The position numbers and the translations under genes are program-made. From Octopus sinensis (lineage: Eukaryota), in assembly GCF_006345805.1 (NCBI RefSeq), contig NC_043001.1, positions 42,036,001 to 42,100,000 of the forward strand: a stretch of 64,000 bases of DNA. The letters are read 5' to 3'. Shown piece by piece: positions 26,801-41,347 of this stretch. Each line of letters starts with the position of its first letter. Position 1 is the first letter of the stretch. Under the pieces are notes generated by a model. The model did not search any database. It saw nothing but the letters and a program-made list of their open reading frames with translations, and was not told the DNA's origin.

Positions 26801-27634
26801 CAACCAGCTAAATCCAAATATAGTACTGTCACATAGTGTGTGATAGACAAAGGAGGAAAGATATGAGATGCTGATAGTCAAGTTGGTTTCAGGTTGCAGA
26901 TAACGAATGCACAACACTTGTGAATAATTAATAGAACTTTAGTTTACTGCACAAATAATTTTCATGTTGGTCATGAATTAAAATTGTGACAACAAAGTTT
27001 ACACACAGAAGGACAATTATGTAGCTCTTACAAATAGTTGATTAAAAAGGCTCTGTAATTAAGCTGCCAAGACAGTGGACTGTAGCTGCTGATTAGGTTG
27101 AAAAAAGAGTTATGATAACAACTGTTAAAAGCACCAAAATGAGTATGTGGTTAGCTTAGCTGTAAGCAGTCACAAACTGAGGCAAGAGGTAAGACATGTG
27201 AAAATGAATCAGCTGGTCTGTGTGCAACATGGTCTGGCAAGAGTGGAGATGCATTTCGCCCAGTTGTCCTTGGTACTCTGCAAAGCTGGCACTAAAAACA
27301 TGCCTATTTATTAGCTTTGTAAAGGAACGTTCTGGGGCTTCTAAAAAGATGCATTACATGATGTCTGGTGACTGACTGATCCATGACTCAGTCAGTCACA
27401 TGAAAAAGCTGTTATAAGCCATAATTTTAATTTGGCAATTTGTCAATTCAGTTTTGAATCTAGCTACAGTACCTCTGAAGGAGAATTACAAGCAAATAAC
27501 TGAGACTTAGAGCATTTTCACTGTTTACTGGATGGATAGCATTTTACAATTTAGGTTGACTATCAACTATAGATGTTTGCCTTAAAGATGAAATCAGACT
27601 GACATTCACCCAGAGACATTCTGGATTGTATGTC

Positions 27635-27780
27635 ACTGGCATGGGTTGAATAGTTTCGCAGGAGCTGGTAAGGAGCTGCATCAGGTTCCATTGTCTGTTT
27701 TGGCATGGTTTCTACAGCTGAATGCCCTTCCTAATGCCAACCACTTTACAGTGTATTGGGCGCTTTTAATGTAGCACCAA
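27635..27780 (-). mobile_element. Family B SINE fragment
   Basis: ggcatgggttg...tttctacagctgaatgcccttcctaatgccaaccac. Confidence 0.8.
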
Positions 27781-30624
27781 ACACACTAAAGGACTGAAAA
27801 ATACAGCTACAAATGCACTTTCCCATGTTCATGTCAACACACAACTTATGCTATCAACAATTGAGAACAAGTAGCAGCAGGCCACATAGATGATAAAAAA
27901 TTGTTTAATCTATAGAATTTGTCATCTTCTTTGATTTTCCATTAAGCACCACTTCCCCCTTCAACTGAATATTATTGGTGTGATATCAACAGACCATGAG
28001 TGCCCTTATGTACCTCAAAAACATCATCACTCGATTCTCAACTTGCTACATTGTTTACTTCATCCAGGTAGTATCAAATGCAAATCAGTATCAATTTTTT
28101 TGACTAGTATAAACTAAAACACACAACTGGCCAGAAACTGCATTGCATGTTAAAAAACCCCAAAGAAGGTACATTTCTATATCATTATCATTAAGCACTT
28201 TCTTATATTTTGGGGTATAGCATGTTAGATATCATCACAACTGATAGAGAATGGCAATTTGAAACTCACTTATACAATTGCTATGGAGGAATATTTCCAC
28301 CATCAACACGAGGCTTCTGATGAAGCCCAAATATACACACCCAGTGGTATGTGTATAATTCTTTCATGCTACTGGGTATATGCTCTTTTATAAAGGAGGA
28401 AATTGAGAGAACTGCAGTATGGCACCTTCAAGTTACCAGTCCAGATGATTATGCCTACTAACCTTACATCAGTACTTGATCCATCACAAAATGTGCATTA
28501 ACTAGGCATGCACATCCCGTATTTCACCAAAAACTTAATCTATCATAATAAATCACATCTAGATTCTAAGAGATTCCATACTGAATCAGCACTCCATATT
28601 GGTCTATTCAACATTCTGTATAGGACTTTTAATTTTCATCACTGTGCATGGTCAAAGGGAGACTATTTTCACTGACCAACTGAAGTAAACTTTAATCCAG
28701 AACTATTTTTTTTTTCTCTACCATTTTACAAGGAGAGATGACAACACCTTTTCAAATCAAATATCTCAAACAATAACGGTGGTTTCAATAAATGCTTTTA
28801 ATCATTGATTGCTTTTCTCTATGCAAAAAAAAAAAAAAGAAAAATAATAATAATAATCTTAGGGGGAAAGTTTTTTCAGTTTGTCTAAAATCTAGCATGG
28901 CAATTGTCTCACAATGTCTAATCTATTTTGCATATCATGTGACCATTGGACTTTTATTTCACTGTCAAAATCACACAAAAATTAACATATGTGGCCGGTC
29001 TAGTTCTGCATAACATGTGACTAAGTTTAATGCACATTTTAACCAATCAATAACAAACTACTCGTAGTTTAATTTGTTTTTGGCATGTACTCTAAAGTCA
29101 GGTCATTTTCTGAAACCTATCTGATGTTATATAAACAGAGGAGATTATCTTATCGCTACATTGTTTTCATTACAAGCTGACTTCCCATCAGTTAATGAGA
29201 CACACTCACAACTTCTGCATGTTTGCTTACATAAAAAAACTTTCTCATATTTTCTTTCAGTTAATTTTATGTAATATCCTCTCTCACATTTTCTGTCTTG
29301 TTTTGGAAACCACAAACTGAAAATATTGTTAAACGAGTGCCTTATTCAGATACCTATCAGTATTGGTACACCAGCACACACATCCACATTCTTGCTTCTT
29401 ATAACAATACCATACTTTTTCCTGACTATACATTCTGTTGTTCACTTTTGTCATGCTGTACATTCATTTAGATGCATATTTCTTTTTCAGTTTGAGTTTT
29501 CAGTAATGCATTACTTTGCCAGAGACTGATTTGCAGTATTCACAAGTCACTAAACCCAGGATATCATTATATTTGCTCATTAATCAGAAACTTTCTCAAA
29601 TCAATAGGTTACTGCCTTACAACCATGTAAAAGTTTTATTTTATGTGAAAATGTAAAAGTACCATAATATAATACATATTTCAAATATATGTCAGAATCA
29701 GTATTTATATGAAGAAGTATGGAAAAAGAAAAACCAGATTCCTATAAATTCAATGTCAATAAATCTTATTTTACCAGTCTCCACTATGGCCTCCGTTAGA
29801 ACCTTTAATAAACTAAGTCTAGACAACAAAACAAAAATGTCATTACTACCACAATGCATTCCACAAACTTCTAAATAGCAGACTATGCAATAAGATACTA
29901 AAGTAGAACAAAACATTACATAGCTAAAGAGATAGGCTTGTATATTGCTCCTAAAGATTCTATCAACTTTATACCATAGGTCTTCCAAAACACAATAGGC
30001 CATGGATATTGAACAAACACATTCAAAAGGAAGCCACAAACATTATCATCCCTGCTAACTAAAAATGTTCTTCACTCTGCTTATCTTGATAACCTGTCTA
30101 CTTCTTCTATATACTCTTCTACAGAAATTACAGTTTACATATCACATTAACTTCAACAGCAATTGCACATGTTGCTTTGCATTTTGCCAAACACAGTTTC
30201 TCTCCTTAAATCTCCAAGCAAGGGTGAACTGAAAGGACAGCTTAAATATAAAAATAAGCTAATTGTGAATATTGGACACTAGCACATCACTCATGCTTTC
30301 TGCTCACTGGTAACACAGTGTTCTATTCCTATTTTAATCTCAAAGTTTTTTTTTTTAATATATTTAAAAATATAAGTATCATACTTAGTTGAAATATTTT
30401 ATTTCTTACAAAAATGATGACCCACTAAACACTCAACACCTCCATAGCACCTTCTTGACATTTGCTATCCCTTTCTGATCTCACAGTGTTCCCAAGAACA
30501 TGTTACCACCCAGTAAAGATTCATGTAATAATTTTATGAGCATGGTTAACATTAAAACATCTGTATGCACATGAACAACATCAAGTGAAGTAAGTTAATT
30601 AACCTTCTAATTATAATGGTTAAT

Positions 30625-30800
30625 TCATCATCATCATTTAATGCCTGTTGTCTATACTGGCATGGGTTGACTGGTTTGACTGGGCTGGCACACTGGAATG
30701 CTGTACCAGGATCCAGTCTGATTTGGCATGATTTTCTACAGCTTGATGCCCTTCCAAATGCCAATCACTCTGAGAGTGTAATGGGTGCTTTTATGTGCCA
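30625..30800 (-). mobile_element. Family B SINE fragment
   Basis: tcatcatcatcatttaatg..ggcatgggttga...gatgcccttccaaatgccaatcactctgagagtg. Confidence 0.85.
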
Positions 30801-32767
30801 ATTCTGTAAAACAAATACCAAGTGTCCCACAAATAAGGATCACTCCAAATCTTACTTCCTTGTAACATATAAGAAAAGAAATTAAATTCATCAAAACCAA
30901 CACTAGATTTGAAAGGGAAAAAAAGCATAGTTATAAATTGTGAAAAAGACCCTCTAGAAATCAGATAATTCCATGCTACCTGTGAATTGTTAACCAAAGA
31001 TCATATACTATGATCTCACTTAAATCAATTTGTGCATTCCAACATTCACTGTTTTATTGTATGGAATACAGTGTCACATAATCTAAATATGTTGCTTTTT
31101 ATCCATTGTCTTGTGTTTGCATATACCTAAGGTATATGCAGACACAAGGAAGCAAGATGGTGTCCATCCTTGTACAGTACTTGAGGATAATTAGTTTATT
31201 GATGTTGTTGCTGTTTTTGACTTAGCTGGAGAGTGTAGCAAGTAGCAGTGTTCAAAGCATCAGTAAATGTTTGAATGCTTGGGAATGAGTGTACATTTAG
31301 TGACAAGGTCTATGAAGGTTGCAGCAACAAATAATGCTCCTCACCTGAGCAGGTAGGTGGCCATTCATTTTGAAGTCAAGTACTTTAGTTTTATAATTGG
31401 GTATTTTTTTTCCCACATGAGATATTTTTGGAAGATTATAAAATTAGAGTGTGTACACATGCAGATATACATAGGCACTGCATATAACTCATTTAGAAGT
31501 AGTATTGAAAATAATTTCCTAAATTGGTATAAAGCCACTCATTTCTAAGTTGTGTACAATTTACTGGGTCAATCCCTGTAGATTTGCAACCTATATTCTA
31601 TCAACTTTAATTAATGTAAGGAAGGCAGGGTATTTGAATTCAAATTGGCATATCAGTATCCTTTACTGCTCCATTCTTCGGCCTTCAGTAGTATTAAAAA
31701 CAATGACAGCAAATACGCATGAGTTGAAGATCATCATCATCATCATCATCATCAGTTAATAAATTGCAAAAGACTGTATGCATGTTAAAATGTCCTTTAG
31801 AACTAATAAATTAATTAACAATTGACATTCTACTTCATGTTTCCAAAATCAGTATAATTTATATCCAATATAATGCTTATTTTGCACAATCACATGAATT
31901 TACTTAGTTCTTTAAAATGGCATATCTGTTTTCTGAGTAAACCTCTTAAATTATAATTTGGATTCCCATACTTAAAGCCATTGCCAGTTTTCAAACCTTT
32001 CACATTTCGTTGATTAATTCTCTAAATTATTTTGTTTTTCATTTGTCTATCAATTTAGAGAAAATGCTATTTTAATAATTATCTTACTTGATATGTTCAT
32101 AAAAAGAAATATTATTGACACCTATTTCAAAATGACATCAAAATTTCATCTACACATTTCTTCTTTTAGTTATGAAATTTTCAATATTTACACTATCTCA
32201 ACAACCCTAATCAAGAAAATATGGAACAATTATTAAAAGCTATTCTTTAATTATATATAACTTTAAAACAATATAATTCTTTTGAAAAAGGATCTGTTTA
32301 AAAATAGTCATATCGATGCAATTCTGACATGGTAAAAAGAAACGAAACTGAATAATTTATTGAATTAAGCAGAATGTTTCATTAATCTAGGTCAAAATAA
32401 GTAATAGTTAATATATAAGATCAATTTAATCTTCCACACAAGAAAATCATGAAGAAATTATTATATTGATTTACTCGAAATTTTTACATGACTTATTTCA
32501 AGTAACTCATCAACTGCATTTAAGTGAAACTTGCAAAGGTGCAACAATCTTGTGTGAGTCATTCATTCCTTCATAATCCATTGAAATTATAACAATGAAA
32601 ACACATTTTGCTTGTGCCCAATTATTTAATTAGAAAGTTGGTGTAGAGTCAAACACTGACAAACCTCACACCAAGAAGACATTTTATTTCTTTACAGTTT
32701 AAAAAAGTGACTAACTTTGGAAAAGACCTATTTTCAAAACTGAGTAAAACTCTAAAACAGTGGATAT

Positions 32768-32977
32768 ATATGGGGATGCTGAAAAGTTACTGGCTTTAAG
32801 GGTATTGCAAAAGGCCTGGTTGGAGGCCCAACCTTCTGAGTTCTTTTACAGGGCTGAAAAAAACTGAAGGACTGCTGCAATAAGTGTGTGAATCAGAGAG
32901 AAATATGTTGAATAACTAACTGATTCTCCTGTATTTTCTTTTACCCAAAGCCAGGAACTTTTCAGCACCCTCTCATA
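32768..32977 (+). mobile_element. Mariner-derived MITE (~210 bp)
   Basis: TIRs atgctgaaaagttactggcttt / aaagccaggaacttttcagcac with flanking TA. The interior resembles a mariner transposase C-terminus (KLKDCCNKCVNQR..YVE*). Confidence 0.8.
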
Positions 32978-33085
32978 TGTCAACACAATTACACAGACAA
33001 CCTAATAATTAATTTGAAACCCTCACAGAACTGGCAAAATTTATATTTAAAAAAAAATACATTAAAATGTTTCAAATGTACTTAC

Positions 33086-33175
33086 TGCTTGAAATGTAAC
33101 TCAAAGTTAATCATACCCATCAATCTTAACTTACCTATAGTTAAAAGAAGAAAAAAAAAAAAAAGAAGCATTAGA
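33086..33175 (-). promoter_or_regulatory. Candidate recursive splice site (ratchet point) with a 49-nt RS-exon
   Basis: Minus strand: CTAAT branch point, then gcttc(t)n cttctttt polypyrimidine tract, then aactaTAG|GTAAGT (33137-33129). A second GCA|GTAAGT donor lies at 33085-33080. Confidence 0.55.
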
Positions 33176-33649
33176 GGATTATTTAAAAATGAAATAATTT
33201 AAGTCTTGCTTCTTAAGTCATTAATATTTATAAAAAAAATAGTTTTCAAAATATAAATATAAAAAGAATGTTAGGATTGGAATTAGCCTGTTTTTATTTT
33301 TTTTCTTCTCCCCACCTTTTTTTTTTTTTTGTATCAAAATTTTCAAGAAACCTGATGAAGAAATAAAATGTAATTCCATTTGAGAAATTTATCCTACATA
33401 ATTCAAAATTATCAAGACAGCAAACCAATGCTTTTACTGCACTAACAGAATTGATAAATGTTGCAACTATTTCAAACCTAAGTATAGGAAGTATTGAGAA
33501 TATAATTTTTACATATTTTGGCTAAAGTGCACATATGTCCATCATAAGTGAAATTCAGGTCTTTTCAGAACTCAAAAGTATTTCAGAGCCTTACAGCTAC
33601 AAAATCAGGATCCAAGTCTTATCTTGAATAGTCCAAAACTGAAATGACT

Positions 33650-33680
33650 TTTGGTAGACAGAAAATGAAAGAAGCCTGTC

Positions 33681-33734
<54 letters not shown>

Positions 33735-33942
33735 GTATCTTTGTGTATCTGTGTTTGTGCCCCCAACATCGCTTGACAACCGATGCCGGTGTGTTTATGA
33801 TCCCGTAGCTTAGCAGTTCAGCAAAAGAGACCGATAGAATAAGTACTAGGCTTACAAAGAAAAAGTCCTGGGGTCGATTCATTCGACTAAAGGCGGTGCT
33901 CCAGCATGGTGACAGTCAAATGACTGAAACAAATAAAAGAAT
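33650..33942 (+). mobile_element. Family A SINE, 5'-truncated and relatively young (CpGs retained)
   Basis: ttggtagacagaaaatgaaagaagcctgtcg..catcgcttgacaaccgatg..ggggtcgattcattcgactaaaggcggtgctccagcatgg..gactgaaacaaataaaagaa. Confidence 0.92.
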
Positions 33943-35265
33943 ATTGAAAATTCATTCCTTTAAAGAATAATCCTAAGAGAATGTAATCTTAAACCAAAGA
34001 ATTGGTCCTTGGCAAACCATTGGGAATACTTTCTCAACTTCTTCTACAATAACCATAGCTGTTCAAAATTTTCATCTGCATTGTCTTCCCCAAACAAATG
34101 CACTTAACATATTTTTAGAACCTTTGAAGATAACAGATGATAATGGAAGCAGATCTAATTTAGAAAGTGATGTAAGCCACAAGACAAGTTTAAAATGCAC
34201 TCAAGTTATAGGGTCATGCACATAGAGAAGATCGGAAAAAGAATGTTTTTGTTTTTTAAATACTGTAAAAGCAGTATTCAGTCTTAGGTTGTAAAACATA
34301 AAACAGCATCCAATTCATTTCTTTCTTTCTTTACTTCTATCAAATTTCCATAAGCTTTTTCAGCAAATTTAAAGCCAAAATATTTTCAAAGATCTGGACA
34401 TCAATCAGTAGTTTTAAACATATTTGAATACTGAGGTATTTTTGTGGCACACATTAACCAAAATGACCACAGCAGCTCAGTGTATAATCATTATAATATA
34501 AATTTGTTTACAGAAAAACAAAGGAATTTATTCACATATTATTAAGCAATTTTTAATTCATCAAAAGGTAACTTTTTGACTCTCCTGTTTTGGAAACTTT
34601 TTGTAAAAAAAAAAAAAATTAAGACATCATATGTAGACAACAGTAGTAGAAGCCACATTTAGTGACTACAACTGTTTGAGTAGACAAGGATCAGATCAAA
34701 ATGATCTTTATTACAGCTTTTACATAAATTTGTTTCAGAGAGTAACTGTTTGTGAGCTAAACCATTTGAGGTTACTTATTTAACTTCAAAATCGCAGAAT
34801 TTGCAGGATCAAGTGCTTGAATGGTATGGTACATCATATATAGAGTTGATATTGACCTTTGGGAACTCTGCAGCTGAATGAAGAATTTCTTGACAGATAC
34901 ATTTTTTGCTTCCTTCAGATCTGAGAGGATTTGAGCCCAAAACTCTAAATTTGTATACCAATCATTAAGCCAACACAAATGAGATTTCTTGACAATAGTG
35001 CAACAATTATCATAAATGAATTGTCACTTTAGCTGGTATCAATATAATGTTTGACTTAAATGAATTGGTAAAGGTTCTAAAAAGTAGCATTGTAATGTTA
35101 AAAGGGAAAAGTTGGGTACAGTGGCTGAACTTGGGCAGAAATGGTATATAGCTTGCTAGTTAAGAAGAGCAAATCCATTATAGTAGTGGTAGAAGAAACA
35201 GTATGTCTCTGGACTGGTGTGTAAATGAATTGCTCTTATTTTTTTTATTTTTATATATGATCTAG

Positions 35266-35720
35266 GGTAGGGATGTCAAATTCATTTGGTTTTGTGGGTT
35301 ATATTGAAACAAACTAGATATTGTGGGCTGGATTGATGCATAAACAAGATCTACCAGACCAGATAAGATAATTATTTCTTAAAGAATCCACATTCATAAT
35401 ATAGGTCAAAATAACTGGACAAGAATACATTATAACTTTTTTTAAACAATATAAGAAAAGCATATGCATTAGCAATGTTTGTATGCAGAGATGTGTGAGA
35501 AAAATTAATCCATATTTATATATACAGTCTTATTAAGTGAGCAACCTCAGAGTGAGAACAGAAATAGAATAAATGCAAACAGTTCTTAAGATCAATGCTT
35601 GATAGAAAGTGTGCACTGTTTCAGCTGCAAAACTTTTCAAAACTGCACATCACTAGAATTCATTCAGACAAACACATCTAAATTTGAGACCAGGGGTAAT
35701 TCTCTCTGGTTCAGCATTTA
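35266..35720. mobile_element. Possible hAT/Charlie-type remnant
   Basis: tagggatgtcaaattcattt..gtgggttatat..gtgggctggat resembles a hAT TIR and subterminal motifs. No partner TIR was found. Confidence 0.3.
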
Positions 35721-36844
35721 AAAACAAAGTGGAAATAGCTTGCATCCTTTAGTTTTGGGTTTCATAAGCTTCTTTCCCATCAGCTGATGTTCAAAAAGAT
35801 TCCCTGAGGTGTACCAATTTGAGTCATCAAACAGGTATTAAATGAAATTCTGGTCATATTCCAACACTTAAATACATAGTAGTGATGTATATTTTACAGA
35901 AAATTTGAAAATTAAAAAATGTTTTATTGCTATAAAATTGAATCAGGTGTTTGACATTTATAGTCTAGAATGTTCGTGTGTCAGAATCAATAATACAATC
36001 ACATATGTAAGTAGTACATGCTGATGATCCTTCACATACACTTTGAAAGGGATCATCTGATGTTACTGAAGTAATCTGGCCCTGAAGAGAGAGTTTTTGA
36101 GATGCAGGTTTGTCTTTGTTACTGATGTTGCCATGAGAAGTCAGATATTGTAAGGCCTAACATTTGTACAGTTTGTGAAACTTTAAATTCAATGCACAGA
36201 AAACTAAGGAATGATAGATGGCATTGTTTGCACAGGAGAGTGTGGTTAAAGCAAAAAGTTTGTTAATGTACAGAACAGTGAGAGAGACCATCTACTCCTG
36301 AGGTACTCTAGAGTTATAGAATGTAGGTTGGAGAAAACTGCTTCAATGCATGTTGCAATAGAGTAATTAGACAACATCCCTGCTCAAAAGAACAGACAAA
36401 AAGAACCCATAGATCAGCAAGTTTATGAATGAATGTCAAGGGCAACAATATTACTTTTGCTGAAATTTCCAATAACAAGAGATATCTGGTGTTTTATATA
36501 TTTGGTTGAGAAAAGAAAGAAACCCAAAGATGGCTATTATTTATGGTTATTTCCATGATGGATAGTAAATTATTAAATTGGTGAAGTCAGAAAGATTACC
36601 TTTATAGAGGATGAAATACAACCAGTATTTCCCTGGATTGGAGTAGATTCTCAGAGAGGGGGAAATATTGTAAAGTTTGGACTGACATCACCAGAGAAGT
36701 TTTCTCACTTGATAACTGTTTGAATATTGCAGTGAAGAAGATAGTAAAGAGAAATGCAATGAAGATAGTTGAGAGGGAAAGAAAGACAGAGAGAAGTTGG
36801 GGACAGAATGCGTGTGTGTGCATTGTATATTTGAGAATTTGCTG

Positions 36845-38890
36845 ATAACTTAGAAGCAAAACAGGTAGGATTGAAAACAGGGAAAGCCCCTGGCCCATCA
36901 GGAATTACCATTAAGATGCTTAAAATAGCTGGCATAGTGGGATGTGGCCTAGTCACCTGCATAGTTGATCCAGTTGTCCAGGAAGGAGTCATACCCAATG
37001 ACTGGTGCAGCAGTCATAGTTAACTGCTACAACATGAAAGGTGATGCCTTAAGCAGAATTACAGAGGTATCAAATTACTGGACAAGGTCATGAAAGTTAC
37101 AGAAAGGGGTCATAGCTCCAATAATTAGGAAGAGAATTAAACTAGATGGAATATAGTTTGGTTCTGTGCCAGGGAGAAGCATTACTGATGGTATCTTCCT
37201 AGTAAGGCAACTGCAGGAGAAGCATTTGGTGAAAAATAAACCACTGTACTTGGCATTTGTTAAACTGGAGAAAGCCTTTGGTGGTTAATGTGGAAGCTAG
37301 GGATAGATGAGTGGTTGGTGAGAGTCATCCAAGCCATGTTCAGGGATGCTGTCAATAAGGTGAACATCAGCAATGAGTATGGCAATGAATTCAGTGTGCA
37401 GATAGTTCACCAAGAATCAGTTCTATAACAACAGAATTTAAGACTGGATGCCCTTGGAGCTCCTCTATACCACTGAATCTCTACGAGAATTAGAAGAAAT
37501 TTCAAGTGTGGAAGCAAGCACTGGAATCAAAGAACCTTAGAGTCAACTTAGCAAAGACCAAAATACTAATAAGCAGAAAAGCAGATAAATTACTAATCCC
37601 TTCAGGGAAATGGCCTTGCTTGGCAAGTAGAAAAGGCATAAGTAGAAATTTCATATGGTGTATCCAGTACAAGCTAAGGACACATAAGAGGTGCAGCGGT
37701 ATCATGGGAAGGTTAATAGAGAAAGTAGTCTGTGTGTGGCAGGTATAACAAACACTAACAATGTACAGAGAATAGACTTCCTCAAATGCTGGGGGGGGGG
37801 GCATCCTTAGAAGTAGTAAATAGCTTCAGTTACCTAGGCGACCAAGAAGTTACCAGTGGAGGAGGAGGCTCTGAGAGAGTAGTTGCTAAAATAAGAACAG
37901 GTTGGGCAAACTGCAGAGAGCTATTGCCTTTATTTGTAACAAAGGGCCTCTCCCTCAGAGTGAAAGGCAGATTGTATGATGCCCATGTACAGATAGCTGT
38001 GCTACATGATAGTGAAACATGGGTTGTGACTAAAGAAGATATGTGAAGACTTGAAAGAAATGTAGCCAGCATGCTCACTAGATGTTCAATGTAAGTGTGC
38101 ATGTATGATAAAGTGTAAATGTTTTAAGAGAAAAATTGGGTATAAGAGGCATCAGATGTAGTCTGCAAGAGAGAAGACTGTACTGGAATGGTTGTGTAAT
38201 GTGTATGGACAATGACAGCTGCATAAAGAAGTGCCAATCTCTAAATGTGGAGGGGACTTCTGGAAGTGGAAGACTCAGGAGGATGTAGGATAAAGTGGTG
38301 AGAAATGACCTCCAGGTGTTTAAGCTCACAGATGAGATAACAAAGGACCAAGATAATTGGTGATATGCCAGCAAAATAAAACTTAGGCATTATAGCATGT
38401 CCTTTACGTCCATGCCCCACCCCCACAACCCACTGCATTCCCTTCCACTCTCCCTAATGTATCTACCTGCACCCAATACATTCCCAGCAAATCTCTTCTC
38501 CACAGCATATATTCCTAATACCCACTTCCTCTACCTGTGCTTACTCAGTACAAATCCTGCTCCATCTACCACTATCCTTTCACAATCTCACCCTCCCTAC
38601 TCACCTTCTATAATCCCTGGTCCACTTCACAATATACACCTTCATGTAACTTCAGTGAATATCCCCTGCCTACTCCGCCATATCTTCACCATCTCTATCT
38701 CCTTTAATATTACTCCCCATCTCAGTTACTAGGTGATCTCACTGCTGCAGTGATACACACAAAGCACTCAGTACTTTCTGTGAAGTGACTGACATTAGGA
38801 AGGGCATCTAGCTATACAAGCCATTCCAAAGTAGAGTTCCTGTTGGACCATCCAACCGATGTCAGCATGGAAAACAGATGTTAAATGATT
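36845..38890 (+). mobile_element. RTE-clade LINE, 5'-truncated, frameshifted RT
   Basis: KTGKAPGPSG...IPNDW...NYRGIKLL...FGSVPGRSITDGIFLVRQLQEK...LAFVKLEKAF; WKQALESKNLRVNLAKTK; Cys-rich insert KWPC...THKRCSGI; SFSYLGD...VKGRLYDA...ETW. Followed by a pyrimidine-rich 3' region and a family-B-like tail. Confidence 0.92.
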
Positions 38891-38894
38891 ATTA

Positions 38895-38905
38895 TATGTG
38901 TGTGC

Positions 38906-38957
<52 letters not shown>
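38895..38957. repeat. (TG)/(TA)n microsatellite
   Basis: Directly visible. Confidence 0.95.
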
Positions 38958-38959
<2 letters not shown>

Positions 38960-41347
38960 CAGCTACATGCATTTATTAATCATTAACAGTAGTGTACAAT
39001 GCCAATCACAGTAAATGGCTAATCAACATAGCTTTATTTCAGGAACCTACTCATAAAAAAAGTATTTTAGGCATTCCTCAAAAGCAACACAAAATTATGA
39101 TTAACAAATATCAAGAATACCATGTATTAAGATACCAGGCCCATACAACCTTTAACAAGATTTTCCAAATCCATAGCTTTCCAAATGGGTTCTTACAATC
39201 ATCTACTCAATCTCTCAAACTTTTCAATCTAAAACTTTCCCAAATCACATGTATGTAACATAATACTAACAACAAAGTCAGATTTTCCCCCATATCACAT
39301 CAGACAATTCATACTAAAATTTTCATATTTTAGTTTGCAATATCAAAAGTATAATGTGCCGACTGCTCAGTGGCACTATAAAATAATGTAGTCAGTAAAT
39401 CTTCAAATACAATAAAGAGCTAGAACAAAAGAGCAATAAAAATGCTAAACAGTAATTTGAGAGCAGCATTCTTTAATAGGGAGAAGATACAATAATAGGA
39501 ATTAAATAAGTAGTATTAAGTAATTAAGCTGAAAAGAGGTAATCAGAAAATCAAGATTAGAGAGCAAACAGTGATGACTAGCTGACTCATGACTTGAATT
39601 TCTATTTGTTGTTATATTCCATTATATACAATCTTAAAAGCTATTTATATAAAACTGATGCCAAGTGTAACAAAACCAACTACTATTAAATGTAAACAGA
39701 AGAATATGTTGGAAAAAAAAAATACACGAATATGATCTATATTGATCATAAACATTTTAGTAACAGAAAAAATTAGAGGGAGGAATAGGATAAATTCTTG
39801 TCTGCTAGTTATTTAATTTAAACACAAATTGTTAAGGAGTCAAAACATTTTTGTGTTTTTACAATCTTTTAAACTTATACATCTGGGAAATTGCCTTAAC
39901 AAAGGTATCAAAACAGAGCAGCTTGGTACTCAATATTATATAAAAGGTATATCTGCAAAGAGAACACTCATGAGAAGAAGTTCATGAACTACTCAAATGA
40001 GTCACTATGAGTAGTAGTTTTGTTACCTAGGTGACCTAATTAGTGATAGAAATAGTTATAGTATATAATCACTAGATTAATATGATAGAACTTTAGGTAG
40101 ACAGTACGAAATGTGTGAGACAGATGCTACCTAGTTATAAGACATAGGCATTGAATACAGAAGATCTATGGTAGCAGAGAGAAAGAAGTTGAATATGATT
40201 TGTTGAATATGCATTTATGGTAAAACTTGACTGAGAGGGTGCTTGGGCATTGCAAGCATCAGCAATATATACAAGAAAGACAAATACATTCATAGGGACA
40301 GGAGATGCAAATGGAGGAGTGCTACATACTGAAAGTAAAAGGAAAGAAGTAGTCAAGTTAAAATTTCAGGGTTAAACCTCAAGGGTAAAATGATAGATAG
40401 TAAATACTGTGCACATCAAATCCAGCCAGTATAGAAAAATATCTTTAGTATAGAAAAATATCTTTAAAGTGGCAATGATAATGAACACACAAAGAGAAAT
40501 ATACTTGGAACAACACTTCATCCCCAGAAGAGTAAGAAATCCAACAAAATTGATTTAAAAATGACTTTTGCAAGTTATTATCTAACTCTTTAAAAGCAGC
40601 TAACTGCTTGAAAATGCTTAATATTTTCAACACAAAATTATGATAAAAAGCATAAATATAGCTTAAATTTATAGTGTCAAAAGATGCTGAAAGTCATGAA
40701 GAAAAAAACCCAAATTTATGATGAAGCTGGATGCATCCTAAAAGTAATCCTAACAGCAAAGAGAAAGGCTACTTATATCATGTCATGCTATGAGAAAAGG
40801 AATAACAATACAGATTCAACATCTTCAAATTACACACACACATCATCTTCATCATTTTAATGCCCACTTTTCTTACTGGTATGGGTCAAACGAAACAAAG
40901 TAGATAATTTTTACACTCAGACAAGATAGTAGGCTTAAAGTACAAGTTGGATGCCATTTCATTAACAATCACTATGTGGTACTATGTAACACATACTACT
41001 GAAAAGTATCAGACTAACATTAATCTTGAGATATGTTCATCTGCAAAAAATATCAAATATGTCTTTAAAATACATTTACAAAAGACACGGATGTGTTTCT
41101 TTTAGATACTTACAATGATCTAGCTATCTTTGTGCCAGCTGTTACAGATAACTTTGAGAGAGAAATGAAGTTGCAAGTTCAGTAAGATGAAATAAAGCCA
41201 TATCTTACTTATAGATATAAGCTTCCTACTGAAGATGTTTGTCACATAGCTTACAGAGTATACATCAACTTTTAAGATCATTAATGATGTACTTTCAAAG
41301 AAGAAAAGTTCATCAAGCCATTGAAGCTCAACACAACTGTAATACTA

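Noticed and set aside
27368-27399. 12-bp perfect inverted repeat gtgactgactga/tcagtcagtcac
   Set aside because: Low-complexity (GACT)n arms next to an LTR-element relic; no evidence of function.
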